A DNA stretch of 64,000 bases from an uncultured Actinomycetota bacterium (GCA_963829525.1 CAWHIJ010000003.1:2592001-2656000); one strand, 5' to 3'. Shown: positions 51,601-63,343, numbered from the stretch's first letter. Notes: generated from the sequence alone by a model not told the origin. A program made the numbers and translations.

Positions 51601-52299
51601 GTGCGCGTGCGCATCCTCATCGCCGACGACGACCCGGCCGTTCGTGAGTCGCTCCGCCGATCCCTGTCGTTCAACGGATACGAGGTCTCGCTCGCCTCTG
51701 ACGGCAACGAGGCCCTGGCCGCCGCCGGCGACCCGGCCCCCGACCTCGTGCTGCTCGACGTGAACATGCCGGGGATCGACGGTCTGGAGGTGTGCCGACG
51801 CATCCGGGCGTCTGGCAACGACATCCCTGTCCTCATCCTGACGGCACGGGTCGAGGTTGGCGACCGCGTCCTGGGTCTGGACGCAGGCGCCGATGACTAC
51901 CTGCCGAAACCGTTCGCCCTCGAAGAGCTCCTGGCGCGCATCCGGGCCCTCCTTCGCCGGGCTCGGACGACCACGGCCGGCGAGCAGGCTGATGAGTCGC
52001 TCACCTTCACTGATCTCACCATCGACCCTGCAACACGAACCGTGCAACGCGGGGAGCGGACGATCAGTCTCACCCGCACCGAGTTCGAGCTGCTCTGGGT
52101 GCTCATGCAGCGACCCCGACGTGTCCTGTCCCGCGAGCTCATCCTTGACGAGGTGTGGGGGTACGACTTCCCGACCTCGGCGAACTCACTGGAGGTGTAC
52201 GTCGGCTACCTGCGCCGCAAGACCGAGGCCGAGGGCGAACCACGCCTGATCCATACCGTGCGTGGCGTTGGCTACGTCCTTCGTGAGGGAGAAGCGTGA
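51601..52299 (+). CDS. mprA: Response regulator, MprA-like
   Basis: [41 protein letters not shown]; followed by HK and HtrA. Confidence 0.9.
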   Translation: MRVRILIADDDPAVRESLRRSLSFNGYEVSLASDGNEALAAAGDPAPDLVLLDVNMPGIDGLEVCRRIRASGNDIPVLILTARVEVGDRVLGLDAGADDYLPKPFALEELLARIRALLRRARTTTAGEQADESLTFTDLTIDPATRTVQRGERTISLTRTEFELLWVLMQRPRRVLSRELILDEVWGYDFPTSANSLEVYVGYLRRKTEAEGEPRLIHTVRGVGYVLREGEA

Positions 52300-53660
52300 C
52301 AGCGACCTCCGGCAGGGCAAAGCGCCGTCTCTCACTCCGCGCGCGCATTGCCGCCCTTGCTGCGGCGGCCGTGGCGATTGCAGTCGCGGTGACGACGCTC
52401 GGGATCTACCTCACCGTCCGCGCCCAGCTCTACGACCAGCTCGACAACGACCTGATCGCACGGGCACAGGCGGTGTACCGCGCCGCACCGAACCCAGAAC
52501 AGATTGTCGTTCTGCCTGACGACGCGTTGGGGGACGCCAGAATCGCCGCGGTGACCGCCGACCGGCGCGCCTACCCGACCAAGAGCGGTGAGGTTCCGCC
52601 CCTGGGCGACCCAGAAGTCGCGGTAGCAGCTGGAGAATCGCCCGAGTCGGTACGGACCGCGACCGAGGACGGCGAGAGCTACCGGGTGGTCGCCATACCG
52701 GCTGGGCCGGGAGTTGCTTTGGTCTTCGCCGCCTCGACCGACAGCGTCGACGAGACGTTGACCTACATCGGTTTCGTCTCACTGGTCGTCGGCCTGCTCG
52801 GCGTGGCCGCCGCTGCAACCGCTGGCTACGGCGTGGCACGCGCCGGCCTGGCACCGCTGCGCTCACTGACCGCGGCCACCGAACGCGTCGCGACGACGAT
52901 GGACCTCACCCCCATCGAGTCGGTGCGCAACGACGAGATTGGGCGTCTCGCATCCAGTTTCAATGTGATGCTTGCCTCCCTGGCCGCGGCGCGTGAGCGT
53001 GAGCGCCAGCTCGTCGCCGATGCAGGGCACGAGCTGCGCACACCACTGACGTCCCTGCGCACCAACCTCGATCTCCTGGCGCAGGAAGGGGCATCGGGGC
53101 GATCGATCGACCCGGACGACAGGTCAGCGCTGCTGACCGACGTCCGTGGGCAGATCGGCGAGCTCGGTCACCTGGTTGACGATCTCGTTCAGCTATCCCG
53201 TGGGGTTGAGCCGAGCAGCGCATGGGAGCCACTGGACCTCGCGGTCGTCGTGGCCGACGCCTTGGCTCGCGTACGACGACGAGCGCGTGACCTCAGCTTC
53301 GAGGTGGCGCTGACACCCTGGTGGGTGAACGGCGACGCCCCAGCGCTCAGCCGCGCCGTGACCAACTTGTTGGACAACGCTGTCAAGTGGAGCCCACCCG
53401 ACGCCACGGTCATCGTCCAGCTTCACGAAGGAGTCCTGAGCGTCGCGGACAGCGGTCCCGGCATCACCCCGGAGGACCGTCCGCACATCTTCGACCGGTT
53501 CTACCGGGCCGACGGTGCCCGGTCCCAGCCGGGATCGGGTCTGGGGCTCGCGATCGTCGCCCAGGCCATCGCACAACACGGGGGCACGATCAGTGTCGGG
53601 GAGTCGCCGACCGGCGGAGCGCGCTTCGATGTAGCGATCCCAGGGGCGTCGAAGTCTTAG
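52296..53660 (+). CDS. mprB: Sensor histidine kinase, MprB-like
   Basis: [34 protein letters not shown]. Confidence 0.9.
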   Translation: MTATSGRAKRRLSLRARIAALAAAAVAIAVAVTTLGIYLTVRAQLYDQLDNDLIARAQAVYRAAPNPEQIVVLPDDALGDARIAAVTADRRAYPTKSGEVPPLGDPEVAVAAGESPESVRTATEDGESYRVVAIPAGPGVALVFAASTDSVDETLTYIGFVSLVVGLLGVAAAATAGYGVARAGLAPLRSLTAATERVATTMDLTPIESVRNDEIGRLASSFNVMLASLAAARERERQLVADAGHELRTPLTSLRTNLDLLAQEGASGRSIDPDDRSALLTDVRGQIGELGHLVDDLVQLSRGVEPSSAWEPLDLAVVVADALARVRRRARDLSFEVALTPWWVNGDAPALSRAVTNLLDNAVKWSPPDATVIVQLHEGVLSVADSGPGITPEDRPHIFDRFYRADGARSQPGSGLGLAIVAQAIAQHGGTISVGESPTGGARFDVAIPGASKS

Positions 53661-53676
53661 GTGGCCCATGGTCTTC

Positions 53677-53693
53677 TCTCAGGCACCTCTCAG
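53677..53693 (+). promoter_or_regulatory. MprA box
   Basis: TCTCAG-N5-TCTCAG direct repeat upstream of the pepD-like protease. Confidence 0.8.
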
Positions 53694-53715
53694 GCGGGTG
53701 CCCCAGCATGGATCC

Positions 53716-54969
53716 ATGACCGACACCCACCCCACAGTCCCCCTGCCCAATGAGCCCGAGAGCGGCGCGCCGACCGATCCAGCCGACGCTGCGCCGTACA
53801 CCGCGCCCACAACAACCGTCCCCTTGCCGCCCCAGAACCTCTGGGCCCCACCTGCCCCCCAGGGCCCGCCCGCCAAGGCGGACCGGCGCCGCAGCGGTAT
53901 CGGGGTCGTGCTCGTCACCAGTCTGCTTGCCGGTGCCCTCGGTGCCGGGCTCGGAGCCGGTGCCGTCATCGCTACGGACGACAACACCACGACGCCGACC
54001 ACCACAACGGCCGGTGAGGTGGGGGGCGTCTCCACCACGACATTGCCCACCGGCAGTGTCGCCCGAGTCGCCGATATGGTCCTGCCCAGCGTTGTCTCCA
54101 TCCAGTTCTCCGGCGCCCAGGGGGCCGGTTCTGGATCTGGAATCATCATTGACCAGTCTGGCCTGATCCTCACCAACAACCACGTCGTCGAAGGGGCGGC
54201 CGACGGCGGCTCGCTCAGCGTCGCGTTCCAGGACGGGACGTCGACCTCTGCGGAGATCGTCGGGCGTGACCCCAGTGCCGACATCGCGGTGATCCGCGTC
54301 GACGGAGTCGACAACCTGCAGGCCGTCAAGCTCGGTTCCTCCGCGGACCTTCAGGTCGGCGAGACGGTTGTGGCGATCGGCTCGCCACTCGGGCTCAGCG
54401 GTACCGTCACCACCGGAATCGTCAGCGCCAAGAACCGCCCAGTTCTTCCAGGAAGCGCCGCTGGTGACGAGTCGGTGCTCAACGCGATCCAGACCGACGC
54501 AGCCATCAACCCCGGAAACTCCGGTGGCGCACTGGTGAACCTCAAGGGCGAGCTGGTCGGCGTGAACTCGGCGATCGCAACACTCGGGGCCTCCTCCGGA
54601 GCCCAGTCCGGCAGCATCGGGCTCGGCTTCGCGATTCCCATCGACCAGGCCAAGTGGATCTCTGACCAACTGATCGAAAACGGGTCAGCGCAGCACGCCC
54701 GCCTCGGAGTCTCGGTCGAGGCAGCTACCGGTGAGGTGCGCGGCGCAACGGTCAAGACCGTTGAGCCTGGAAGCACCGCCGACGACATCGGCCTCGAGGT
54801 CGGCGACGTCATCACCGGTTTCGACACCCAAGCGATTGACTCCGCCGACTCGCTGGTCGCAGCTGTGCGCTCCGCCGAGCCGGGCACCACGGTGACCATC
54901 ACCGTAGTTCGCGGTGGCGACACCAAGACCATGGACGCCACCCTTGTCGCGGACACGACGACCAGCTGA
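53716..54969 (+). CDS. HtrA/PepD-like trypsin serine protease with PDZ domain
   Basis: TNNHV, DIAV, QTDAAINPGNSGG, C-terminal PDZ. Confidence 0.94.
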   Translation: MTDTHPTVPLPNEPESGAPTDPADAAPYTAPTTTVPLPPQNLWAPPAPQGPPAKADRRRSGIGVVLVTSLLAGALGAGLGAGAVIATDDNTTTPTTTTAGEVGGVSTTTLPTGSVARVADMVLPSVVSIQFSGAQGAGSGSGIIIDQSGLILTNNHVVEGAADGGSLSVAFQDGTSTSAEIVGRDPSADIAVIRVDGVDNLQAVKLGSSADLQVGETVVAIGSPLGLSGTVTTGIVSAKNRPVLPGSAAGDESVLNAIQTDAAINPGNSGGALVNLKGELVGVNSAIATLGASSGAQSGSIGLGFAIPIDQAKWISDQLIENGSAQHARLGVSVEAATGEVRGATVKTVEPGSTADDIGLEVGDVITGFDTQAIDSADSLVAAVRSAEPGTTVTITVVRGGDTKTMDATLVADTTTS

Positions 54970-54990
54970 CCAGCTACCCCTTCCCCCGAC

Positions 54991-55043
54991 TCCGGCCCGG
55001 GGCGGTCGCCTCCTCCCTCGACGGCGACCGCTCCGGGCTCGGA
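54991..55043 (+). terminator. Strong GC hairpin after the protease gene
   Basis: gcccggggcggtcgcc-N12-ggcgaccgctccgggc (16-bp stem, one G-U pair). Confidence 0.65.
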
Positions 55044-55073
55044 CTGTCCGTGGGTGCCTCTACGCTCACGGAC

Positions 55074-55715
55074 ATGACGACGATCTGGCTGATCCGCCAT
55101 GGTGAGGCACACGTCAACCAGCCCAATCCCGACGGCACCTATTCGCTCATCGATCGGCAGGGGCTGACCAAACGCGGCGTCGAGCAGGCCACGCTGCTTC
55201 GCGACCGCCTTGTTCGCGAAGACGTGAGGCCCGATGTCGTCATCACCAGCAGCTTTCCCCGGGCGCACCAGACCGCTTGCATCGTCGGCGAAGGGCTCGG
55301 CGTCGACCTGCAAGTTAGTCATGAGATCCAAGAGTGGCGACCGGGTGACGACGCCGAAGTGATCCCGATGGGCGAAGCCCTCGGGTCATGGAACAGGATC
55401 CTGGCCGGCCACGACCACGATGTCCGGATCACCCCAGCATCGGAGTCCCACAACGAGTTTCTGTCGCGCGCTGACCGAGCCTTGGTCCAGATCGCTGACG
55501 ACCACGCCGACCGCACGGTGTTGGTCTTCACCCACGGCGGGATCATCGGCCGGTCGTTCGTGACCTTCCTCGACCTTCCCCCGCAACGTTCGTTGATAGG
55601 GATTCGCAGTCTGCACACGTCGATCACCGAGTGGCGCCGCACGGTCGAACTCGACCAGCCGACCTGGCAGCTCAACCGCTACAACGATGTCGCCCATCTC
55701 GATGCGACACGCTGA
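55074..55715 (+). CDS. Histidine phosphatase family protein
   Basis: LIRHGE, RAHQTA, FTHGG, YNDVAHL. Confidence 0.9.
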   Translation: MTTIWLIRHGEAHVNQPNPDGTYSLIDRQGLTKRGVEQATLLRDRLVREDVRPDVVITSSFPRAHQTACIVGEGLGVDLQVSHEIQEWRPGDDAEVIPMGEALGSWNRILAGHDHDVRITPASESHNEFLSRADRALVQIADDHADRTVLVFTHGGIIGRSFVTFLDLPPQRSLIGIRSLHTSITEWRRTVELDQPTWQLNRYNDVAHLDATR

Positions 55716-55722
55716 GGCCCGA

Positions 55723-57130
55723 TCAGCTGGAGGGCATGCCCTTCTGCACCTGGTCCCAGGCGTACTCGACGGCTTCGCCGAGGATGTCGACGATGGTGCC
55801 GAGGAGCTTCTGGTCGGCGATCAGTGGTGGAGAGATCTGGACAACGGGGTCGCCACGATCGTCGAGCCGGCAGAGTAATCCGTCTTCGTACAACCGAGCC
55901 GACAGGACGCGGCGTAGCAACCAGTCGGCCTCCTCGCCCTCGAAGGTCTGCTTGGTGTCGCGGTCCTTGACCATCTCCAGAGCCCAAAAGTGCCCGAGGC
56001 CGCGCACGTCACCGACCAGGGGGATGCGGCGCAGCTCGTTGAGCCGCTTGTCGAGGTATGCCTCGTTGGTGCGCACGTTCTCGACGACACCTTCGCGGTC
56101 GTAGATGTCGATGACCTTCAACCCGATCGCTGCCGATACCGGGTGCCCGCTGTAGGTGGTGCCGTGGTTGTAGAAGGCCTTGCCGGTGACGAATGGTTCG
56201 GCGACCCGGTCATGGACGATCACGCCGCCGAGCGGAGCCATTCCGGCCGTCGCACCCTTGGCGAAGACGATGAAGTCGGGTTCGATGTCGTAGCGGATTG
56301 ACCCGAACCACTCACCGGTCCTCCCGAACCCCGTGATGACCTCGTCCGCGCACAGCAGCGCACCGTACTTGTCAGCCAGTGCCCGAAGACCCTGCCAGTA
56401 CCCCGGAGGAGGCGTGAAGCAGCCACCGGCGTTCTGCACCGGCTCAGCGATGATGAGCGCCACCTCGTCAGGGCCGGCATCGATGATCGCCTGCTCCATC
56501 TCTTCGAGCAGCGCCTGGGTGAACGCCACGGGATCGTCGCCCTTCGGGTGGCGGTAGGCATTGGTCTCACTGACGTGGGTGACGTCGATCGGCAACGGCT
56601 TGAACGGCTCGCGGCAGAACTCGATGCCGGTGAACGAGAGCGCCCCGAGGCTCGTGCCGTGGTAGGCGGTGTTGCGGGCGATCGCCTTGGTGCGTTGCGG
56701 CTGACCGTTGGCCTGGTGCCAGTTGCGCACCATCTTCCACATCGACTCGTTGGCTTCACCACCACCGGTGGTGAAGTAGACCCGGTTGAGCCCTTCCGGC
56801 GCGAGGTTGGCGATCCGCTCGGCAAGCTCGGCCGCCCTAGGGTGGGCTACGTACCACGTGGAGGTGTATGCCAGCTCCTCCATCTGTGCTTTGGCCACCG
56901 CACCGATCTCTGCGCCGTAGGCGTGGCCCAGGTTGGCGCAGTACAAACCGGACAGTCCGTCGATGAACCGGCGCCCATGGACGTCGATCAGCTCGCAGCC
57001 ATCGCCCTTGACGAAGACCGGGAATCTCAGCGTCCTTGTAGTTGCCCATGTCGGTGAAGTTGAGCAACAGGTGGTCGCGCACCTGCTGCTGCACTACGGC
57101 AGCGTCGACCGGCTGACCTGGACCTGACAT
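55723..57130 (-). CDS. Class III PLP aminotransferase (omega-amino acid/polyamine type), frameshift at about 57020
   Basis: GL(S)GLYC, GGEANE, YHGT, EPVQNAGG, DEVITGFGR, AKG; N-terminus in the adjacent frame. Confidence 0.88.
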
Positions 57131-57178
57131 GACTCCTGCAATTCTGATCGCGCTGACGGCGATCTGGTTGACCGTTGG

Positions 57179-57194
57179 CTGACTGTTCAGTCAG
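57179..57194. promoter_or_regulatory. Palindromic operator in a divergent promoter
   Basis: CTGACTG-TT-CAGTCAG perfect inverted repeat downstream of TTGACC. Confidence 0.55.
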
Positions 57195-57251
57195 GATACC
57201 CCCGCAGATGTTCCCGGTATCTCACCACACCACACCACATTGAGGAATCCC

Positions 57252-58443
57252 GTGACCAACGTCGAGTCAGCCCCGGCTGGCCTGTCCCCCGCTGCCCTCG
57301 AGCTGCAGGAGCGCGCCAGGCGCTACGTCGACGAGGTGCTCATCCCGCTGGAGCAGAAGGCCGAGCTGGCCGGCGGCCCCTTGCCTGCTGACGACGTGCA
57401 GCGCATCCGGCAGACGGCCCTCGAACAGGGCATGGCTGGCGGCCTGCACGCCCCCGAGCACGGCGGCCAGGGCTGGACGACCACCGAGTGGCTGCTGGTC
57501 GAGGAGCAGTTCGGCCGTAACACCAACGGCATCAGCTGGTACATGCCAACGGCCTACAACGTCTGGCGGTCGGCCAGCCCGTCATTGATCGACCGCTGGC
57601 TCCGGCCGGCGCTCAAGGGCGAGCTGCACGACGCCTACGCGGTGACCGAGGCCGAGGCCGGGTCCGACCCGTCCGGTATCTCGACGGTGGCCCATCGCAG
57701 CGACGACGGCGGCTACGTCATCAACGGCGAGAAGTGGTTCGTCACCTATGGGTCGGTTGCGGCCGTCATCGTCGTCATGGCCAACGTCATCGACGGTGAC
57801 GACCGGCTGCCCACGCTGTTCGCGGTGCCGGCGGACGCCCCAGGGGTCTCGATCGTCGACGACCCACCCTTCACCCACGCCTACCCGCACGGGCACCCGA
57901 CGATGCTCTTCACCGATGTCAAGGTCAGCGCTGACGACGTGATCGGTGGGGTCGGCCAGGGCGACGACCTGCAGCGCATGTGGTTCACCGAGGAGCGGAT
58001 CGGCATCGCGGTCCGCTGCATCGGCGCCATGCAGCGGCTCATCACCGAGACAACCGCAGTGGGCCATCAACCGCGAGCAGGGCGGAGCTCGCCTCATCGA
58101 CCACCAGGGTGTTTCGTTCCCGCTCGCCGACTCCGCGGCCGATGCCGCCGCAGGTCGGCTCATGGTCTACGACGTTGCGCGCCTCAAGGAGTCCGGCGCC
58201 GATCCCAAGCTCATCCACGGCAAGGCGTCGATGGCCAAGCTCTTCTGCTCAGAGGCGGCCAACCGGTGCGCCGACCGGTCAGTGCAGATCTTCGGCGGCC
58301 GCGGATACATGCGCACCAATGTCGCCGAGCGCTTCTGGCGAGAGCTGAGGGTCGACCGCATCTGGGAGGGCACCAGCGAGATCCAGCGACTGATCGTTGC
58401 TCGGAGTCTTGAGCGGCGCGGCGTCGACGCCATGCTCGGCTAG
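57252..58443 (+). CDS. Acyl-CoA dehydrogenase, frameshift at about 58055
   Basis: VTEAEAGSDP, NGEKWFVT; then SMAKLF, QIFGGRGY, RIWEGTSEIQR in the +1 frame. Confidence 0.88.
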
Positions 58444-58453
58444 GCGTCAACCT

Positions 58454-60494
58454 ATGCAGCTCGACCGGCTCTTCCGGCCTGCCTCTATCGCCGTCGTCGG
58501 CGCTACCGACCGACCCGGGTCGTACGGCAACGCGGCGGTCAGCAACCTGCTTGCGGCAGGCTTCACCGGACGGCTGGTGGGCGTCCACCCGACCCGCACC
58601 CGGGTGCACGGCGTTGCCTGCGTCCCCACCTTGGAGGCCCTGGGGAACGCGGTGGACGCGGTCGTCATCGCAACCCCTGCCGACACGGTCCCCAAGTTGC
58701 TGAACACCGCAGGGGCACTCGGCTGTGGCGGAGCCATCGTCTTCGCCGCGGAGTTCGCCGAGACCGGCCGCACCGACCGTCAAGACGCCCTAGTCGCTGC
58801 GGCAACGCGCCACGACCTGCCCGTGATCGGCCCCAACGCGAACGGCATCGTCTCCGTCGCCAGTAGGGCCCCGATGTGGGGTGACAACGTCAGCGTTGGA
58901 ACCGGCGGCAGCGTTGCGCTCATCACCCAGAGCGGCAACCTCGGCGTCGTCGCACTGGCTAGCCGCCGCGGCATCGCGTGGCACACCGTCGTCAGCGTGG
59001 GCAACAGTGCGGTCGTCGACGCAGCCGACGCGCTCAGCTACCTGGCCGGCGCTGACGGTGTCCGCTCAGTTGCGCTCTACCTCGAGGGTGACGGCGACGG
59101 CGCCAAGTGGGCGAACGCCTTTGCCCGGTGCGCCGAGCGCGACATCCGCATCGCGGTACTGAAGGCCGGGAGAAGTGCGGCAGGTGCGGCAGCCGGGGGC
59201 GCGCACACCGCTGCGGTGGCCGGTGATCACCGCATCTTCGCCGCACTGGTCGTCGAGGCAGGTGGTGCCTGGTGCCACGACCCGCATGAGCTGTTCGAGA
59301 CGGCCAAGCTGATGGCGACCCCGCGCCCGAACCGGTCAGGTGGTCTAGCCGTCGTCACCTGCTCCGGTGGTGACTCGGTGATCACCGCCGACGAAGCGGA
59401 CCGGTTAGGCGTTCGGCTCGCGGACCTTACCGACGTCACGTGCAGTGCACTTGCGGACCTGCTGCCCGAAGGCGTCGTGATCACCAATCCGCTGGATCAC
59501 ACCAACATGCTGTGGGCCGACACACCGCAGGTACGCGCACTGGTCGAGACCCTGGCGGCCGATCCCGGCGTTAACCAAGTGCTCTACGTGCAGGACACTC
59601 CCCCCGACCTCAGCGACGCTGACGCCAAGGACTGGAAGGACACCCGCGACGGGCTCGTCACTGCCGACATACCCGGCACCGGTCGTGCGGTGGCCTCCGG
59701 CCTACCCGAGCTGATGCCAGCAGTCGTTGCGGAGTCCCTTGCTGCTGACGGCGTGACGGCACTGGCCGGAATTCCTGCGGCGCTCTCGGCGCTGAAAGCT
59801 CACACTCAGCGAGCCGCACCGCCGGAACATCTACGCGCAGTCTCGGCCGCGACTGAGGTGATCGAGCCTGGCGAGTGGCTGGCCGAGCACCAGGGCAAGG
59901 AACTTCTGGCGTCGTACGGCGTCGACGTCCCTCTTGGTCAGACTGTCGGAACGGCAGAGGAGGCTGTGAAGGCGGCTGTCGCCCTCGGCGGTGCCGTCGC
60001 CATGAAGATCAGCCGCCACGACGTGCAGCATAAGACCGACGTCGGGGGTGTCGTCCTGAATCTCACCGACGCCGAGCGGATCAGCATCGCCGCCGAGCAG
60101 CTCTTGGAGCTCGTCGAGCCCGACGGTGTGGTCCTCGTCGAGCAGATGGCTTCTCCGGGAATCGAGATGCTCGTGTCGGCGACTCGTGACGGCGTTGTGC
60201 CTGCCCTGGTGATCGGCGCCGGCGGCATCTGGACCGAGCTTCTGCAGGACGTCGTGGTCCTTCCACTGCCGACTGATGCCGTGCGCGTTGGCGAGGCCCT
60301 GAAGTCGCTCGAAGAGCTACCCGATGCTCGCGGGGGGCCGAGGCCGCCGGGGCGTCGCCGTCGAGGCGCTGTGTGAACTTGCGACGGCAGTCGGCAACGC
60401 GCTCGTCGCCGAGCGCCTCACGCTGATCGAGCTCAACCCGGTGATCGTCTCGGAGACGTCAGCCGTTGCGGTGGACGCCGTCGTTCGTCGCTAG
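58454..60494 (+). CDS. Acetate--CoA ligase family (NDP-forming acyl-CoA synthetase), frameshift at about 60310
   Basis: IAVVGA, IGPN, TQSG, AHTAA, NPLD, HKTDVGGV; IELNPV..AVDA in the +1 frame. Confidence 0.88.
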
Positions 60495-60539
60495 GCCGGT
60501 TCCGGACGGATCCCGTGGGTGTTGGCTGCCGGACATGAT

Positions 60540-60561
60540 TGTCGGTGGTGGGTGCCAGAGT
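60540..60561 (+). promoter_or_regulatory. RecA-NDp/PafBC-type promoter
   Basis: TGTCGG-N10-CA-N3-T, ATG 7 nt downstream (leaderless geometry). Confidence 0.55.
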
Positions 60562-60568
60562 GACGGTC

Positions 60569-61825
60569 ATGACGAACTCCGCGGTCACCATCGACGAGCA
60601 GGTGCAGCGCCTGATCGCTGCGATGCCAGCCGTCGGAGCGGCAGGTGATGCGGATCTGCGTGACAGGCTGGTCCAACTCGAGCGGGTGGCGAACCTCGCG
60701 CAGTCCGAGCAGGCGTTGGTCATGTGCGAGCTCGCTGAGCGTGCCAAACGCGCCGACCGCGAGGACGAGGAGTCACGCGGCCGAGAACTCCTGGCACACG
60801 AATCACGGACCGAGTTTGTTGCTGACGAGATTGCCGCCACCTTGTCCTGCACGAAGGCCGCGGCGGCCGGTCGGTTCGGCTTGGCGTTGGCCGCTTCGGA
60901 GCACCGGGCGGTGGTGGGAGCCTGGCGACGAGGTGTCATCGACTCGCGTAAGACTCAGATCATCTGCAACGGACTCGAGGGTGTTTCGCATCCGGCGGTG
61001 GAAGCAATGGCCGACCAAGCCGTCGAGTACGCAGCTACCCACACCGGTCCGGAGGTGCGCCGGTGGCTTCAGCGGCGGGTCATCTCCGCCGACCCCGGAA
61101 TGGCCGAAGTACGTCGAGCCAAGGCGGTGTCAGACCGAATGATCAGTGTGACTCCACTGCCCGACGGGGTGTCAGAGCTCTATGCGCTTCTCCCCAGCGT
61201 GCAAGCAAGGCAGGTCTACGACACCGCGAACGCCGTCGCCATGGCGGCTGAGACGGGTGACGTTCGGACCATGGACCAACGCCGTGCTGATGCCCTCATC
61301 GACCTCCTGACCGGTCGCGCCGAACCCCCGCAGGTGAGTGTGCAGGTGGTCGTTCCGGCCGACACGCTGCTCGGTGAGTCGGCGCAGCCGGCCGATGTCG
61401 CGGGTGTTGGCCCGATCACCAGTAACGAGGCACTCGACCTCGTGGGTACGCCCGACCGCGAAATCGCGTTCCGTCGGATGCTCACCGACCCTGACACCGG
61501 CTACCTGATCGACATCGCCGAACGTCAGTACCGCCCTTCCACCGCGTTGGACCGTGCCATCCGTGCCCGCGACAGGGTTTGCCGCTTCCCAGGCTGCTCC
61601 CGGTCGGCCACCAAACGTCAGGGCACCGACCTCGACCACACCATCCCATGGCCGCGCGGAGAGACAACCGCCTCCAATCTGGCGGTCCTCTGCCGCCACC
61701 ACCACCTGCTCAAGCACTCCCCCGGCTGGACCACCGAACTCGACGCCGATGGGGTGATGCTGTGGACCTCACCTGCCGGCAAGACGTACCGCACCGAACC
61801 GTGGGCCTACACCGACACCGGGTAA
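60569..61825 (+). CDS. DUF222-domain HNH endonuclease
   Basis: RTMDQRRADAL, YRPS..RARDRVCRFPGC, DLDHTIPW, NLAVLCRHHHLLKH. Confidence 0.9.
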   Translation: MTNSAVTIDEQVQRLIAAMPAVGAAGDADLRDRLVQLERVANLAQSEQALVMCELAERAKRADREDEESRGRELLAHESRTEFVADEIAATLSCTKAAAAGRFGLALAASEHRAVVGAWRRGVIDSRKTQIICNGLEGVSHPAVEAMADQAVEYAATHTGPEVRRWLQRRVISADPGMAEVRRAKAVSDRMISVTPLPDGVSELYALLPSVQARQVYDTANAVAMAAETGDVRTMDQRRADALIDLLTGRAEPPQVSVQVVVPADTLLGESAQPADVAGVGPITSNEALDLVGTPDREIAFRRMLTDPDTGYLIDIAERQYRPSTALDRAIRARDRVCRFPGCSRSATKRQGTDLDHTIPWPRGETTASNLAVLCRHHHLLKHSPGWTTELDADGVMLWTSPAGKTYRTEPWAYTDTG

Positions 61826-61856
61826 CACCGACACCGGGTAACACCGACACCGGGTA
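61809..61856 (+). repeat. 16-bp tandem repeat x3 spanning the HNH gene stop
   Basis: acaccgacaccgggta at 61809, 61825 and 61841. Confidence 0.95.
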
Positions 61857-61894
61857 CCGAGGCCCGCTTCCTAAGAGCGGCAGTGCGTCACGCT

Positions 61895-63343
61895 TCAGCC
61901 GAGTCGCTTCAGCACCAGCTCGGCCGCCGTGCGTCCGCACATCCCGTGCACGCCGCCACCTGGCGGCGTCGAGGACGAACAGAGGAAGATCCTGGGATCG
62001 GGAGTAGCCCATGGGGTGAAAGAGAGCCGAGGACGCGCGGCCATTTGACGCCAGTCGGAAACCCCTCCGGCTATATCACCCCCGACCTCGTTGGCGTTGT
62101 GAGCCTCCAACGCCGCCGGCCCCATCACGTGCCGTCCTAGCACCCGGTCACGAAAGCCGGGAGCGAAGCGTTCGATCTGACCCTCGATCGCATCGGTCAT
62201 GTCGACCTCGCATGCGTTCGGCACATGGCAGTACGCCCACAGTGTGTGCTTGCCCTCCGGCGCCCGAGACGGATCGGCACCCGTGGCCTGGGCCACCAGG
62301 ACGTACGGGCTCTCCGAGACCCGGCCGCGTGCGACGTCTCGTTCGGCGACCACGAGCTCGGCCATGCTCGCTCCCAGATGAATGGTTCCAGCGCCAGCCA
62401 GGCTTTCATCCGCCCATGGCACGGGTGCGTCGAGCGCCCAGTCGACCTTGAACACTCCTGCCCCGTAGCGCCACTGGGCGAGCCGCCGCCGGTAGGAAGG
62501 GGTGAATCTTGCTCCGGCGATCTGCAGCAACTGCCTGGGCGTCACATCGAACAGGACTGCACGCGCAGCTGGAATGTCAGCCATCGAGACGACGCGATGG
62601 CCGGTCCGCACATCGCCGCCGAGCGACTCGAGCCTACGCACAAGCGCATCGGCGATCGACTGCGAACCACCGACGGCCACTGGCCACCCGACGCCGTGCG
62701 CCAAGCCGCCGAGCAGCAGGCCGACGGCCGTGGTGAGCGGGGAAGCCAGGTCAAGCGTGGCGTGGGCCGCGAGGCCACCGAAGAGGGCGCGCGTCGACTC
62801 CTCGCGAAACACGGTGCTGGCGAACCAAGTGCTCGGCCAGAGCCCCGCAGCGCCGAAGGCCCCGGTGGTCAGCGGGGAACGAGGCGGCACCGCTAGAGGT
62901 TCGAGCACTCCATCAGCCATGGAGGCCCACCTGCGGCCGAGCGCGCCGACCGTTCGCGTCCAAGCAGCCCCGTCCCGCCCCAACTGGGCCGCGGTAGCGG
63001 CAACGTCTCGGTGCAGCAGGACCGACCTGCCCAAGGCCAACGGGTGTCCGAGCGGAACTTCTGGATGCGCGAGCCGAAGACCCTCTCGTTCGAGGCCGAG
63101 CTCGCGAAAGGCCGGCGAGGCCAGGGCGAGCGGGTGCGCTGTTGAGCAGACGTCATGGCGGAAGCCGGGAAGCGTGAGCTCCTCGGTGCGTGTTCCACCG
63201 CCATACTGTTCAGCTGCCTCGAGGACGAGGACTCGCCAACCTGCCTCCGCGAGTGTGACGGCTGCCACAAGGCCGTTAGGACCCGACCCGACAATGACGG
63301 CGTCCACGTCAGTCGTGGCTTGGACCCGCGCACCGGATGACAC
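61895..63343 (-). CDS. Phytoene desaturase-like NAD(P)/FAD oxidoreductase
   Basis: GSGPNGL, HDVCSTAHP, WAYCHVP, SSSTPPGGGVHGMCG. Confidence 0.88.
   Translation of the reverse strand: MSSGARVQATTDVDAVIVGSGPNGLVAAVTLAEAGWRVLVLEAAEQYGGGTRTEELTLPGFRHDVCSTAHPLALASPAFRELGLEREGLRLAHPEVPLGHPLALGRSVLLHRDVAATAAQLGRDGAAWTRTVGALGRRWASMADGVLEPLAVPPRSPLTTGAFGAAGLWPSTWFASTVFREESTRALFGGLAAHATLDLASPLTTAVGLLLGGLAHGVGWPVAVGGSQSIADALVRRLESLGGDVRTGHRVVSMADIPAARAVLFDVTPRQLLQIAGARFTPSYRRRLAQWRYGAGVFKVDWALDAPVPWADESLAGAGTIHLGASMAELVVAERDVARGRVSESPYVLVAQATGADPSRAPEGKHTLWAYCHVPNACEVDMTDAIEGQIERFAPGFRDRVLGRHVMGPAALEAHNANEVGGDIAGGVSDWRQMAARPRLSFTPWATPDPRIFLCSSSTPPGGGVHGMCGRTAAELVLKRLG

Noticed and set aside
51292-52047. 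N-terminal extension of the 780-aa mutase ORF
   Set aside because: Antisense shadow of mprA; the RBS and family similarity begin at 51291
51601-54969. mprAB-pepD with MprA box as a novel system
   Set aside because: Well-described actinobacterial envelope-stress module
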